From contig CBFFRP010000129.1 of NCBI GenBank assembly GCA_965644295.1, positions 42,598-106,597 of the forward strand: DNA of 64,000 nucleotides. Reading direction: 5' to 3'. Under the pieces are notes generated by a model that saw only the letters and a list, made by a program, of their open reading frames with translations, was not told the DNA's origin and did no database searches. Made by a program: the position numbers and the translations under genes. Below are positions 13,225-25,430 of this stretch, one piece after another. Position 1 is the stretch's first letter, and each line of letters opens with the position of its first letter. The stretch is from Paraphysomonas bandaiensis. Lineage: Eukaryota > Protista > Chrysophyceae.

Positions 13225-13905
13225 ATGCCAGAGAAAGAACACCCTAAAGGTCAGAGGGCAAGAAATCTCGACAATACGAGTGCAGGCAAGAAGAGGAAGC
13301 TGTCGAGTGGTCCCAGCGATGCGAATAAAAGAAATAAGTCTCAACCAAACAATAAATCCAATAATACCAAGTTTACAAGGAGAGATTCACAGGGCGTGAC
13401 GAAGAAACCAAAGACAGGTGCTAAGAAAGATAGCGATACTGTGAGAAGACAACAGACTGACAGTCGGAAGGACGACACGCCTGCACGAGATGCTAATGAA
13501 GCGCCTGTGGCCCCTCCTAAAAAAAAGAAACCAAAACATCTGAAAAGAAAACTGGCTGAAGCGGAGTCCAAAAATGACGAAGACACCATTCGTGCTTTAC
13601 AAGAACAGCAACAAGAGTTAGATTCGATCAAGCAGGAGCGTGCAAGTAAATGGGAAACGCTATGCAAAAGTCTTGTTGGAGAGGATAAATGGGACCAAGA
13701 TAAGTTTGATCGATTGATCCAGGCTGGACTTAATAAAAAGAAACTTCTGGAGGCCCTGGGTGTTGTGGAGTCAGCAGTTAAGAAAAATCCACGGGAAGAC
13801 AAGAGGAAACTTATCAGCAGGAAGAAGAAAAGGGACAAAAAATCTGCCAGCGTGAAAGGCAATGTAGGCTCTGATAATACTCTTGCGAAGAATAGCACTA
13901 AGTAA
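13225..13905 (+). CDS. Lys-rich hypothetical protein, probably nuclear/nucleolar
   Basis: 226-aa ORF with multiple NLS-like tracts (KKKKPKHLKRK) and a short coiled coil. Confidence 0.7.
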   Translation: MPEKEHPKGQRARNLDNTSAGKKRKLSSGPSDANKRNKSQPNNKSNNTKFTRRDSQGVTKKPKTGAKKDSDTVRRQQTDSRKDDTPARDANEAPVAPPKKKKPKHLKRKLAEAESKNDEDTIRALQEQQQELDSIKQERASKWETLCKSLVGEDKWDQDKFDRLIQAGLNKKKLLEALGVVESAVKKNPREDKRKLISRKKKRDKKSASVKGNVGSDNTLAKNSTK

Positions 13906-14055
13906 TATTATTAATCTCTTTGTTATATATAGGAAATTTAACTAGTGTTCGGATATTAGAATAATTTTAAGGGATAGTATCTTTCTTCACTGAGGTATTT
14001 TTTCCACAATAACACAATACGTTTGGATGAAATTAGTGCTACCACAGAATTATCA

Positions 14056-14524
14056 AGTAGTGAATGTTCTATTATTAGCAATAGGTGTTGTAGAGTCAAT
14101 GCTTAACTCTGATATCCTACTACTTAACGCTACGGAGGCTGCTTGTGCGTCGCCGCAAGCACCAATGTGCAACCACTTTCGCTCTGTGTGCAAGCAAAAT
14201 GTTGACATACCTGACATCTGCTAACTTCAGGTTTTCTTAGTCCTTAAGGTGAACAACCCAGATGCTTGACTTCAGCAGGCAGCCCAATATCCCGGTTACC
14301 CTTCAGGTGGGCCCTGTCCCGGAAGCCTGTTTATTCGTCAAGACCCAAAGACGTGTACCAAGTGACACTAGTTAGTGTCCCTTGTACCACACAAGCATTT
14401 GGCTATGTGTGGACAGAACGTTATCTGCTAACTATATATGCGGCTCACGTTAGTTTCCCAGAAAAATATCTCTGGTACTTATCACCCAGAACACCACGAA
14501 AAGGTGCGAGTCCGACTTTGTTGA
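14056..14524 (-). mobile_element. Short non-autonomous retroelement (SINE/RIME-like), copy A
   Basis: Carries the family 5' head (rc of ...gagtccgactttgttga) and the 3' tail motif gctgcttgtgcgtcgccgcaagcacc shared with the other copies. Confidence 0.85.
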
Positions 14525-14812
14525 CAGACATAATTATCAAAAAAAGTTGAAACACATATGTCTACTACTAAATTTCTGAATCACTTCTAGTTTTAATTTA
14601 CCACAACTGTATAGTACTTATCTTTACGATGTCCGCGTTTATTATTCCCTTACAATCCAGGTTTGAGTAACATACGATTAGATTAATTAGTATTAAAGGT
14701 ATAATTTCAATTATTGTTATTGGTAAATGTTGCCAATTGATTGGATGGCTTAGTTACATATATCATCTTAAGATGTTTAGTTACTGATCATATATATATT
14801 ATATATATATTA

Positions 14813-15935
14813 AAAGTCTTATTATTTAGCAATAGGCGTTAAAAATCTGCACCAATGTAGTGGCTAGTTGAATGCTAGACAGACTATTTAGACCTCTACC
14901 CATATAACTAATCAGCACAAATTCTGTTATCCTACTATTTAGCGCTACAGAAGCTGCTTGTGCGGCGCCGTAAGCACCATGGTGTGACCACTTCCGTTCT
15001 TAATGTTGATTGTGAGGTTCGCCATGATCGTGTGTCCGAGGACTCACTGGCGTGTGTGATCAGGGGTCTCCCCTAGAGATGAGGTTCCACCGGGCTCTTG
15101 AGGTACAGGATTCTGTAGTGATGTCCTGAGTGTACCGAGTGCTATATGGGTGTGCTGAGAGGTGGGTGGTGTGGTGGAATGTGGCGTTGTTGTCTCAGTG
15201 CACTGTTTGGGCGTCAGGCATAGGTGGAGTTGCCGAAGACGGCGTCATTGTCGAGGACCTGAAGGTTTCATGCGGGCCGGAGATATGGTCCTGTGTGTAT
15301 GAGTGGTAGGGTTCATGTGTGCGGTGGACGATGGTCCAGTCTCGGGTCGTCTGCGGATTCCTAGTAATCGTAGCACCCTGGGACGTTTCCATGGCTGTCT
15401 ACGTGTTTGACGCAGTCGCGGGAGTAGCCTAGGGGGAACTTTTTGTAGGGTAATGTATCGTCGACTGCGATCTTGGATCATGAGCTTTGCTGCAGCAAAA
15501 AGCGGGAGAAGTAGGCTGATGACCGCTGCTTCAAGGTTGCGCACACCTTGAGGTGTCAGGGACTCATGGATATGATCTCCAAAAATCTTCTCGGTTTGAG
15601 CAGTGGTGATGGTGCCTGTCCAGAATCTCTCCACCTGTGGGAAGGAGGGGCTCCATGCCCTGCTGGAGAGCCACTGTTGTGCATTGGTGGTCCAGTGGGG
15701 TAGATCCAGATCTCTCAGTGTCTATTGAAGCACGTTTTTGTGGCTGTGAAAGGCAGTCTCCCGTATCTGGGTGATGGTGTCATTTGTGCAGTCTAGGCAC
15801 ATGTACTAGAGTGAGTCTAGTCGAAATCCGCAGTCAGAACATGCAGCTTTGACCAGAGGTCAAGACCTTGTTTGGTTTTAGCCCAGTTTCTCCCAATGCT
15901 GAAAAAATTGTCCCATGTCAATGCTGCATTGAGCA
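14813..15935 (-). mobile_element. 5'-truncated LINE 3' fragment, copy B
   Basis: Close match to 31875-32685. Encodes a CCHC remnant and the 'VERFWTG...IFGDHI' C-terminal region, followed by the shared 3' UTR. Confidence 0.85.
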
Positions 15936-16632
15936 CTAGTAACTGATCATAGATACAAGCCCATTATCATTTAGCGTAGAAGATTGTTTGTATCTGCACA
16001 GTCATTTTATCATTTTACTAAGCAATCATCATTGTAAGTGACAGTACAAGGGTCAGTATACACTTTAACCTCAGCACGCAAGGGTAATAGAGCTCATGAG
16101 CTTACAGCATGTCAGAGATCTTTGACAAAGAACAAACTGAGCACCTCAATAACGATCGTCGCGATACATAGCATAAGGTCTAAAGTAGTTGCAGATATTC
16201 AACGGCTACAAAATATTCCGGTATAGTGGTGTAATTGACGTTGTGTTGATGTGCGTACAGGTACAGTAGTATGTGTGTGTCGCAAGAATACATCATCCCA
16301 AAAGTATAAGATAATTAATATCTTGCATATATATTTACTCGCCAATAATACGAGTATTGATCAGCCGCCATGCACATGAAAAGATCTCGAATATCAGTAA
16401 ACGAATTTATGCTGCCATTACTTTAGTAATACATATAAAGCCGAAGGAAGTAATCGGCAGCAGTGCGCGTAGAGTTATAGGCGCAGAGTATATTCCACTA
16501 TGCATATTCTTACACTTTATCTTTGTATGTACATACAATCTTAATACAAAGAATTATACTATATGCTACACAACTAAGATGTACCCTTGAAACTGGCATA
16601 AGTAGTGTATAATAAGTTGTAAGTTCGCTATA

Positions 16633-17271
16633 CTATTCCGAAATGTGAGTTAGAGTAATATCAAATACTAGATCAGCGTCTCCTGGAATATCTGGCGCAC
16701 TGCCTCTTTTGCCGTAACCTAAAGACGATGGTATCACTACTTTTCTTCTTCCTCCCACACTCATTCCTAAGACACCTTCATCCATACCCTTGATAACATC
16801 TCCCGCTCCAACTGCAAACACGAAAGACTTCCCGCTGTCAAATACATATCCATTGGACTGTAAGGTCCCCTTGTATGCGATCGTACACACACAGCCCTTT
16901 TCTACTGTTTGAGAACCAGTACCCACAGTTATGTCTTGGATTTCAACTCGTTCCCGGGTATCTTCATACTCAGGATCGCCAGCTACGGTATAAGACTGTT
17001 TGTTCTTCACAAGGATTCCTTTTTCTACACCAGATACCAAAGCCCGCTTGAGAACTTTTATATTGTCAACACCAAATTCTTTCACAATGTACTTGTGTAT
17101 AGCAGTGACACTGGAACCTGTGCTTGAGCGGATGGATCTGATGGCTGCTACTGCTCTGTCGAGAGTTGTTTTAGGTACACCAGCACCTTTTGGTTTTCTT
17201 TTCGACGGTTGAGAGATTGTGTCCTCACCCTCATTGCATACGGATACGTCATCAGATTTGCGCTTAGGCAT
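16633..17271 (-). CDS. Linker histone H1/H5 globular domain fused to an FKBP-type peptidyl-prolyl isomerase
   Basis: N-half 'AVAAIRSIRSSTGSSVTAIHKYI...LKRALVSGVEKGILVKNKQSY' is H15-like. C-half 'YKGTL..GYVFDS...GDVIKGMDEGVLGMSVGGRRKVVIPSSLGYG..G...IPGDADLVFDITL' is FKBP. Confidence 0.9.
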   Translation of the reverse strand: MPKRKSDDVSVCNEGEDTISQPSKRKPKGAGVPKTTLDRAVAAIRSIRSSTGSSVTAIHKYIVKEFGVDNIKVLKRALVSGVEKGILVKNKQSYTVAGDPEYEDTRERVEIQDITVGTGSQTVEKGCVCTIAYKGTLQSNGYVFDSGKSFVFAVGAGDVIKGMDEGVLGMSVGGRRKVVIPSSLGYGKRGSAPDIPGDADLVFDITLTHISE

Positions 17272-17521
17272 TTTAATGGATTATGGCATTCAAGCAGTGG
17301 ACTCACTGCCTTGTTTTGCTATACTCAATTGTGCCATGAAAAAAGTGGCAGTTTTTTCATGTATAAACCCCGTTTTTTACATATTTCCATGCTACATAAT
17401 ATCTAGATATCCAACAGTGTGTGTTGAGTGTACAGTATGTCAAGAGATGACACGGTGGTGTTCTCACAGTGCATAGTACATACTTTAGAGGGCCAGGAGG
17501 CACCGTGTCGTGACTGGTCAT

Positions 17522-17950
17522 ATGACGGACTCTTCAGTTATTGTAGCTAAGTGCTATTGTGGGGATGTGGAGTACACTGTATCTCGCAATGTTACACCTT
17601 TCAAATCAGTGTATTGTCATTGTGATTCATGCAGACGTGCTCATGCTGCACCCATGTACCAAGTTATATATATTCCTTCTGGGGACTTCACTATTATCGC
17701 CGGACGTGAGCTTGTTCAGAGTTTTAGAAAAGAAGGCAGTAGTGTAACACGAGCTTTTTGTCGAAATTGTGGATCCCGCTTGTACAATCTTCTGCAACAT
17801 CGACCGGATTGGTTAGGAGTCTTTCCCTCATTATTTGACGAAGAGACTCAACGGAATATACCTCATAGTATATGTCCCACTGAGCATTACCATAGTGAGG
17901 AGGCTGTCCTTGATTTGAGTAAAATTCATGATGGAATTTCCCGGACGTAA
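17522..17950 (+). CDS. GFA/CENP-V (Mss4-like) zinc-binding protein
   Basis: Motifs CxCG (CYCG), CHCDSCRR and RAFCRNCGS. Confidence 0.88.
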   Translation: MTDSSVIVAKCYCGDVEYTVSRNVTPFKSVYCHCDSCRRAHAAPMYQVIYIPSGDFTIIAGRELVQSFRKEGSSVTRAFCRNCGSRLYNLLQHRPDWLGVFPSLFDEETQRNIPHSICPTEHYHSEEAVLDLSKIHDGISRT

Positions 17951-19358
17951 TACGTGTGCGATGTGCAGCCACATACCATATACTTGGATGTATTGTGTTC
18001 AGATGTATGATGGTTTTGTATGTTATGAAAAATACAGGCGTGGTAGAGTGAGTTTAGGAATATAATATTGATGAATATCACAAGGACGATGAACTTGTTG
18101 GTTGCTCAGTTGTGAATTTTCTGTGCCAGTAACAAATTGGGTTTGTTACAACTAGTGACTGCATTTATTGCTAAATAATCTTTGTTTGGTTGACAAGTTG
18201 ATGTGAAATTTGTAGATTCATAAGATATATTTATGAATTTGACATGGTTGTTCCACTTCATAGATGTGTTTATTTACTATAATGTGTTACTAAGTTTTGT
18301 GTATAGACGTAGACTATAAATTATAAAGTAGAAGTTAGAAGTAAGTGTTACTAAGTAAGTGTCGAAGTGTGATAGTTTTACTAAGTGTGAATAGAACTAA
18401 GTGTTACTAAGTTCGCTAAGTGGCGAATGTTAGTTAATGTAAAAAATAGAACAAACTAAGAAATTACTAAGGAACAGATGGTAAAACATATTACTAAGTA
18501 GAAGCAAATGATGCAGGAAGAAGTGTTAAATCAACCGACGGAAATGAAGTGGTTTCAGTGAGCTGGTCATGATTCCGTGAATTTTCCAGTTCGGCTGTTC
18601 GAGCTGCCACATGCTGCTGCTCGTTTAAAATATCCATTCTGTTGCGGCGAATATTAGTAACGATTTGAAACAGTTCATCGTATCTGGTCAAGTAAGAGCA
18701 TGCAATGTCTGGTATAAGGGATCAAGACTGCAGTCTTCCATGATCGAATACTCTGCAGGATCGTCAGGCAAGGGATTTTTACTTGCGCTCTGGAGTATAT
18801 TCTGGATACGATATATAGGAGTTATATGAGCTATACTGGGGATACCCTTCGTGCTAACGAGAACAAAATCGTCCTCATTTTTTCATCATCTTGTCTAGAA
18901 AAGCATCCGCAAAAGCCAATCAGAAATGGAGCTTGCCAATAAAAAAGAGTCACTCTAATACACACTGTGAGGACACGAATATTTGTAGTGATGATAACTC
19001 TGATTAGATTGCAGTGAAATTGTGATTGTATAGTAATCGCAAATGCTATGCGGCTGACTAAAGTGTGACGTCGAACAGAACATTGAAGTATTGGCAGGCA
19101 CTGGTAAATGACAGCGTTTTGGAACTCCAAGAACCAGATTAGGGATGGTTTGAGGGAACAAGTTATCGTCATCCAGCTGAAATCTTGATGTCGTGTTGCT
19201 CAGAATAAAAGAAACCTCAACTTCAATTTTGAAGTAGCAAATGTCACGTACTTAGTTAGTAATTAGGAATACCAATAAGCAATTTGAGAGCAGAGCGAAT
19301 ACACTGTGAATTGTGCTATTATTAACTGTGAGTTCGTATAGCAAGCTTCAATACTAAC

Positions 19359-19740
19359 TGTTGTCATCCCCGTATAGGAGGTTGGCTGTCATTGGAGTGA
19401 AAGCTTGGTTTGATAGTATACTGCTGTATATTGCACTATACTGTGGATGTATAGTATACAGGATATATACAGTGTAGACAGCCAGCTACAGTAGGGTAAC
19501 GGTATACCATTATACGGTGTATGATGACAATACGGTGTAGGATATGTGCAGTCCAATATGTACAGTGGATTGGTATAGAGTAAGGGCATATATATGTGCC
19601 CAAGCAGTGAGCTGTAGGTGTAGTCTGTGATAGAAGATAGATTAGAATGCTAGTCATTATTATCACAGATAACCTCTGATAAAACAAGTTAATAACACTA
19701 TCATTACTATCAACTTGTGGCTTGTTATTGCCTTACAACA
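19359..19740 (+). repeat. 5' LTR
   Basis: TG...CA termini with a 6-bp inverted end; matches 24047-24428 with one difference seen by eye. Confidence 0.9.
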
Positions 19741-22700
19741 CTAACTTGTTCTCGAGAGTATGTTATCTGAAGCATGTCGCTCCAGCAGTTGGTTACGATG
19801 ACCGGAAGAGCAGAGAGAGTGTATGTATGTATATGGAGTGAAGGAGTGCTGTTTTTGAGTTTGAGGAGACTGTGGAAGAGGAATTGAAAAAGGCTAATTT
19901 CACGGGTATTTTGGAGAACACAGATCACCAGCCGTTTGCTCCTGTTGTGGCCTTTTGGAGTGTTTATCAAATAAGGAGGCCCTTGTGTACAAAATAATGA
20001 CTATTCGAGTGGTTCAACGGCATAATAGAGGAGTGTAACTAGTGCAAGTAATTCTTTGTTGGGGATTTGATTGACTTTTATGGTTTCTTCTGGGTTGATT
20101 GGTTTATAATGTACCAAGGTGGCATCAATATTCCTCCTGCTCTGGCTTTTCCTGAAACATTAGCCTCACCTTCATTGAGCGTTGAGAAGTCAATGACAGA
20201 GATTGGAATGCGTGGAAAGTGGTGATCTTCGAAACAGGATCTTACGTATCATGATTTTTGCGAATGTCCGGTTGTTGTCTGTGATCGTTAAACATAGAGA
20301 ACGATCAAGAGGGCGATGTTATATTTAGTGAAGAATATGAGTTAGGTCCAGTGGAGTATCGACAGAGTGTATGCAGCGGTTTGTTGGGGTGAATAAGGGT
20401 CAGAATCAATGGGAGGATGCATGCATGATGGCCCTTGTGGATTCAGGAGCAAACAGAAGTTGCTGCTGTGTTGAGGTTGAGAGTATATTTGAGTGTGGGA
20501 TTGGCATGGAAATTTGGTTGTACGACAGCCGTATATATTATTACGTAAGGCATATACATCAGTTGGATTATGTTGATATCAGAGCCTTAGTTGAGTGTGA
20601 ATATAATGTTCAGGAGGGTTCAGTAGATGACTCGAGATATGTATCAGGTGTTGGCAATTTAGAAAACGGTGCTTGTTGCCAGGAGCTACTGTTAATCCGT
20701 CAGTGATAGAGGAGGTGTATTTACATCAGATGTTTCGCATGTTTGCTACTAGCTAAGGGCAACCTAATCTGTTGCATCGAACAGTTGTTTCCGGGATTCA
20801 TATTGTGATAGTTGGACATATGATTGGATTGGATTATATATATATAATATATGTGTGTGGACGTGTCAAGAAGATATAAATGGGCGTCGTTGGTAAGAGA
20901 ACACGAGGAGTCGGAAGATCTATATTGGCTGCAGTTGTGTCAACTCGTGCGTTTCTATAAATAGATGGTCATGAGGTTAAGGTATTTAGTCTCGTTGCGA
21001 GAATTGTTGTAGAGCCGGCAGCTCCTGAAGCATAGTTTTAAAAGCTTGCGGTATGGTCGATGCCAACAGTGGATAAAGGAGTACCGGTTGTTCTTGCGCA
21101 TCAGTTTCATAAAAGCTTTTAGTGGAGAATATACTCCGTATTATTGGGTAGCGGCCGGTGGTGTCAGTGGTATTGCATCACAGTAGCAGTTAAAATTTTG
21201 TGTTTGTACCGCATGCAGAGTTTGAATTTGGGTATATAGGCTCAACTTGTGGTACAAAAATGGAGCTACACTTGTTTATATATACCGGGTCGAAAGGAAG
21301 TGGAAAGTTCTATGTGCGTGGAGATGTGCGGGTGGTGAAGTTAGGAGTTGAAGATTATGTTAAATGAATGAAAGATTCAGGAGATGGTTCCTACGATTGA
21401 TGAGAAATGGACCACAGAGTTATAAATCAGTTCAAGGACTTCTGTGGGAACTGTTGAGTTGTGTGCGGCATCATGGTACTCTAACCATAAATAGATATGT
21501 TTGGTCAAGAGTTCAGGAGGGTGTATAGGCAATGGAAACAGTACACATGCTCAGGAGGGTGTGCTACAGGAGAGTATCATATATGTTACAGGGGTCTGGT
21601 CTGGTTTGGTTGTGTCGTGTATGTGGCTATACAAGAGTTTATTTAGAGATCGACAACCTATTCAAAGGTATATACACCCGCCGAGTGACAGCAACACGAG
21701 GGAAACCCGAGAGTTAAAATTACGGTTATTTTTATTCAAGGACCTAGTAGGTATACAAAGCAGCAGTGCGTTTATTTCGTTTGGTTGGTTTCTGGGATTT
21801 GTACTGTTATTATTCGACTGTGTGAAGTTACGATTTCTTTTGAAAGAAAGAGTTATTATGTTGCGAATGAGGTGTCAGCGTATCAAAGTTTTTTTTTTGG
21901 GAGAGACTGAATGATCAGGGTAAAAGTTTTGTCAGTGTGATCAGTTATAGTTCTTCGTCGTTCTTCACTGTTTCAATGAATGCAAAAGAAGAGTTAATTC
22001 GGAATAAGTTGAAAAGTGTCTCAAACATATAATAGGGTATATGTTACATGATGGTGAAGTAAAGTACATATATTTTGTTCTGCAATTTGTATGGATTTAG
22101 TTGATGATCTTAATAGATTGTGTGAGAATCTTTGAGACAAAGTAATTCGGATGTTCAGTTGTTCGTTATGAGTTATGTTCAAATATTGTGCTACAATTAT
22201 AAAGGAAAGGAGTGATTGGTATTTCGACAATGCCGGTTCAGTGTTCGACAGCTTGTGAATTCAATGACCCTGCAACATTATTTAATTCGTGCAGTGGTAC
22301 GGTGTATGTGTTTTCTTTTTTCCTCGAATGACCCGTTGTTATTTATATTCCAATGGTTCTTAAAGTTACGCATTCGTGATGGTTGTGTGTGATGTTACGA
22401 AGAATATGTGGTCAACAGTATCATATTATCAGGAGTGTTATTGTAGCGACGACATTATTTGATCATAAATTTATTGGAGATTTTCCTGACAGCAAGTTTC
22501 AATTTCGATGATGGTTATCGGCAGCAGTTGAATGAATGACAAATAATTGCATCTGCATTCTCCATGTGAGTTTATAATGTTGACATTGTTGGGAGGAGTG
22601 TGATACTACTGTATACTCTTTCGAGAGTGTTATTTTCAAACAAATCCATCATTACTGCGAAGGATATAATGTCGAAAGAGTTCAATGCATTGGTCGATAG

Positions 22701-23104
22701 TTTATTTCAGTATGAGTTGGTGATATTATGAAGGAGAACTTGGTCCTTAGGCACGAACAAGGATCAGAGCGGGTTATATATGGCAGTTCAGAAGGTCGAC
22801 TACATGGTGATCATTTGTGTGAGTTAAAGTCCAATACTGAGAGATATTTGGTTTCGAAAATTGCTTGCGGGCTAGGCCTACTTGTGTGCAGTTGGAACCT
22901 ACTCTAATATTTGCAGATAAAATGCGTTGTTGATTATTATGGAGGAGTTTTTTTTAGTGGAAATCATAAGAAGGTCCTGCGGAGGATAAAAGAGAAAACA
23001 GGGAAGGATGATCTGGTTTGTATTTTGATATACGATGACTAATATATTGTTTTCAGATTATAAATCAACAATTATGATCGATATCATCTTGTCTTCGGAC
23101 AATT

Positions 23105-23920
23105 GCCTGCGTATCATTTGGGTTTAAGCCTATGACACAGAGCATTCTTTTATTCTGTCTATAGACAATTGCCTGCGTATCATTTGGGTTTTAGCCTATG
23201 ACACAGAGCACTTTTTGTTGTCTATAGGCAAAGGCCTGCGTATCATTTGGGTTTAAGCCTATGACACAGAGCATTCTTTTATTCTGTCTATAGACAATTG
23301 CCTGCGTATCATTTGGGTTTTAGCCTATGACACAGAGCACTTTTTGTTGTCTATAGGCAAAGGCCTGCGTATCATTTGGGTTTAAGCCTATGACACAGAG
23401 CATTCTTTTATTCTGTCTATAGACAATTGCCTGCGTATCATTTGGGTTTTAGCCTATGACACAGAGCACTTTTTGTTGTCTATAGGCAAAGGCCTGCGTA
23501 TCATTTGGGTTTAAGCCTATGACACAGAGCATTCTTTTATTCTGTCTATAGACAATTGCCTGCGTATCATTTGGGTTTTAGCCTATGACACAGAGCACTT
23601 TTTGTTGTCTATAGGCAAAGGCCTGCGTATCATTTGGGTTTAAGCCTATGACACAGAGCATTCTTTTATTCTGTCTATAGACAATTGCCTGCGTATCATT
23701 TGGGTTTTAGCCTATGACACAGAGCACTTTTTGTTGTCTATAGGCAAAGGCCTGCGTATCATTTGGGTTTAAGCCTATGACACAGAGCATTCTTTTATTC
23801 TGTCTATAGACAATTGCCTGCGTATCATTTGGGTTTTAGCCTATGACACAGAGCACTTTTTGTTGTCTATAGGCAAAGGCCTGCGTATCATTTGGGTTTA
23901 AGCCTATGACACAGAGCATT
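23105..23920. repeat. Higher-order tandem array: alternating 66- and 63-bp units (129-bp dimer), 13 copies of a 40-bp core
   Basis: Core gcctgcgtatcatttgggttt(a/t)agcctatgacacagagca starts at 23105, 23171, 23234 ... 23879. Confidence 0.97.
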
Positions 23921-24046
23921 ATGGGGGGGCGGTTGTGACTTAGTCGAGCAATAGCCGATTGAGGTCACGGTATTTAATATTTATTTATAGGTTCATATTT
24001 TATGGACGATAAGGAGATCAGGCGTTGGACTGAACATAGGAGGGTG

Positions 24047-24428
24047 TGTTGTCATCCCCGTATAGGAGGTTGGCTGTCATTGGAGTGAAAGCTTGGTTTG
24101 ATAGTATACTGCTGTATATTGCACTATACTGTGGATGTATAGTATACAGGATATATACAGTGTAGACAGCCAGCTACAGTAGGGTAACGGTATACCATTA
24201 TACGGTGTATGATGACAATACGGTGTAGGATATGTACAGTCCAATATGTACAGTGGATTGGTATAGAGTAAGGGCATATATATGTGCCCAAGCAGTGAGC
24301 TGTAGGTGTAGTCTGTGATAGAAGATAGATTAGAATGCTAGTCATTATTATCACAGATAACCTCTGATAAAACAAGTTAATAACACTATCATTACTATCA
24401 ACTTGTGGCTTGTTATTGCCTTACAACA
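24047..24428 (+). repeat. 3' LTR
   Basis: Second copy of 19359-19740, preceded by the PPT-like ataggagggtg. Confidence 0.9.
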
Positions 24429-25430
24429 CTAACTGTCTATGCGGGAGAGCTATTGTAAAGGTTTACGCCTCATTATGTATATATGTAGCTAAAATAAGCT
24501 TTTTGTACGGTAATTTAATTACTCAACACAATGAGCGTGACAAGTGGGTTCACATGACCTGTAGGAATGCGGAGAGTGTGGATAGAAGATCTGTGCTGTG
24601 TGTCTCGAGGTTATTGAAGATGATGCAAGCACTATGCCTGTTAGTATTGGAGGGAAACGTAGAGTTAAAGCATTTGAAATGCGCAGTGAAAGTTCAGTCT
24701 AAGTACATCGTTGATTTATGTGCTGATTTACAGCATGAAACCGTGTTTGAAATGGAAAACGAAGACCATGCAGGTGAGGTAGTGGATAAGCTCGACATAC
24801 TGCGCAATGTTCTCAGTCATGGTAAAAAGAGAAATGCATCAGCTCCAGAGACCCCCGGCTAGTATCAGGTAATAAGTAGTGGTACTAGAGTAGTAGAGTG
24901 TGGAGCTGGAGTACTATTGGGCTGTTGGGTAATAATCAGTTCATTCATTGTATGTACAGTTATTGCTCTCCTGTTGCATGCGCAAGCAATTATGAGAACT
25001 AGATGGTACTGTAATGAACTATGAGATTAGGTGAAATTTATATATGCTCAAGATATATGTTTTTTCTCGTTTATCTACTATATTGCACGCGATCTTTAAA
25101 AGCATATTACTATTCGACGTATATATACTAAAAGAATTTCATCACAATCAACCTAGGATGCAAGTTTCTTGTTACTGTAAAATTAAACTATGCATATATA
25201 CTTTGTATTTTTTGTGATACGGTACAACATGATACACTGACGGAAATTAAACAACCCTGCATAAACAGTACAGTTTAGCCATCAGAAAGGCCATACTAAA
25301 AAAACGTAGCTCTGACGCAAAAAAGAGCTATATAGTACAATATATATTTCTATAATGGTGTTGATCGGACGATATAAAACGAACATACACTGACGTAACA
25401 CAGCATCACAATATATCCTGTGCGGAATAA

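Larger units (their letters stand above)
19359..24428 (+). mobile_element. Decayed Ty3/Gypsy-like LTR retrotransposon with intact LTRs
   Basis: 382-bp LTRs TGTTGT...ACAACA at 19359-19740 and 24047-24428; CTAAC flanks both outer ends (5-bp TSD); purine tract before the 3' LTR; aspartic protease remnant 'ALVDSGANRS' near 20430; no long ORFs. Confidence 0.85.

Noticed and set aside
13341-13898. 185-aa antisense ORF and similar shadow ORFs
   Set aside because: Mirror frames of real genes or repeats with no recognisable motifs.
23105-23170. Twister or hammerhead ribozyme in the tandem unit (GGGTTTAAGCC resembles twister L4)
   Set aside because: No UAA-P2-GC segment in any permutation, and no CUGANGA/GAAA core on either strand.
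23105-23920. CRISPR-like array (40-bp repeat with 23-26-bp spacers)
   Set aside because: Spacers are only two alternating sequences, there are no cas genes, and the array lies inside a eukaryotic LTR element.
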